Positions 63,734 to 64,000 of a stretch of DNA of 64,000 nt are shown piece by piece (position 1 is the first letter of the stretch; each line of letters opens with the position of its first letter). The position numbers were made by a program, and so were the translations under genes. Source of the DNA: Sulfolobales archaeon HS-7 (GTDB lineage: Archaea > Thermoproteota > Thermoprotei_A > Sulfolobales > Sulfolobaceae); assembly GCA_019704295.1 (NCBI GenBank), contig AP024596.1, forward strand, positions 256,001-320,000, written 5' to 3'. Below the pieces are notes generated by a model, which was not told the DNA's origin, ran no database searches, and saw nothing but the letters and a program-made list of their open reading frames with translations.

Positions 63734-64000
63734 TTTCCGTTAATGGGTTTAGTCCTCTTCTATATTTTAACTTTTATTCCGATTTAGTGTGAGCGAAAAG
63801 TAATAGTCTACAGCACCTTCGTGAAGTTTAAAAGGATTACTCACAGCCGGTTTCAACACCTTTAACAGAACTACCAATAATCATTTCACGGAAGTAAACC
63901 ATGACTTGCCATTTCATCACGACCATTCTGGTAGGCATTGGTACCTATATTTTAGGAAAGTGTCAGAACGTCATGCCAAACTTTATTTTCCTATATATAC

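Noticed and set aside
1-64000. tRNA, rRNA or provirus
   Set aside because: No cloverleaf/T-loop motif, rRNA-like tract, integrase or capsid gene was recognised.

Overview
Chromosomal segment of a Sulfolobales-type crenarchaeon (archaeal riboflavin operon, PCNA3, Lrs14-like regulator, treZXY). Housekeeping and metabolic blocks are: fused ETF (FixAB)-FixC-FixX plus 3-hydroxyacyl-CoA dehydrogenase/hydratase, proC, PCNA3/DUF2208, ribB-ribC-ribH-gch3, cbiA, pheA, tldD/pmbA, treZXY, a beta-oxidation cluster and a DPM1-like GT2. The intergenic space is full of decayed mobile DNA: IS256-type elements and their 163-bp MITEs, GACA-ended MITEs (probably ISH3 family), an ISH3 transposase fragment and tnpB remnants. 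The most striking signal is a dispersed ~176-bp element with six copies, one partial. It lacks true terminal inverted repeats and inserts at a CT dinucleotide that is repeated at both ends. Its divergence looks protein-coding. Joining its ends into a circle creates a 57-codon ORF across the junction that occupies 174 of the 176 bp. Also present are a doubly inactivated ABC-type ATPase plus putative nuclease pair, a three-gene TA-like cassette, a HEPN-MNT pair and AT-rich orphan genes bracketed by IS ends. No tRNA, rRNA or CRISPR array was seen. All alignments were done by eye.
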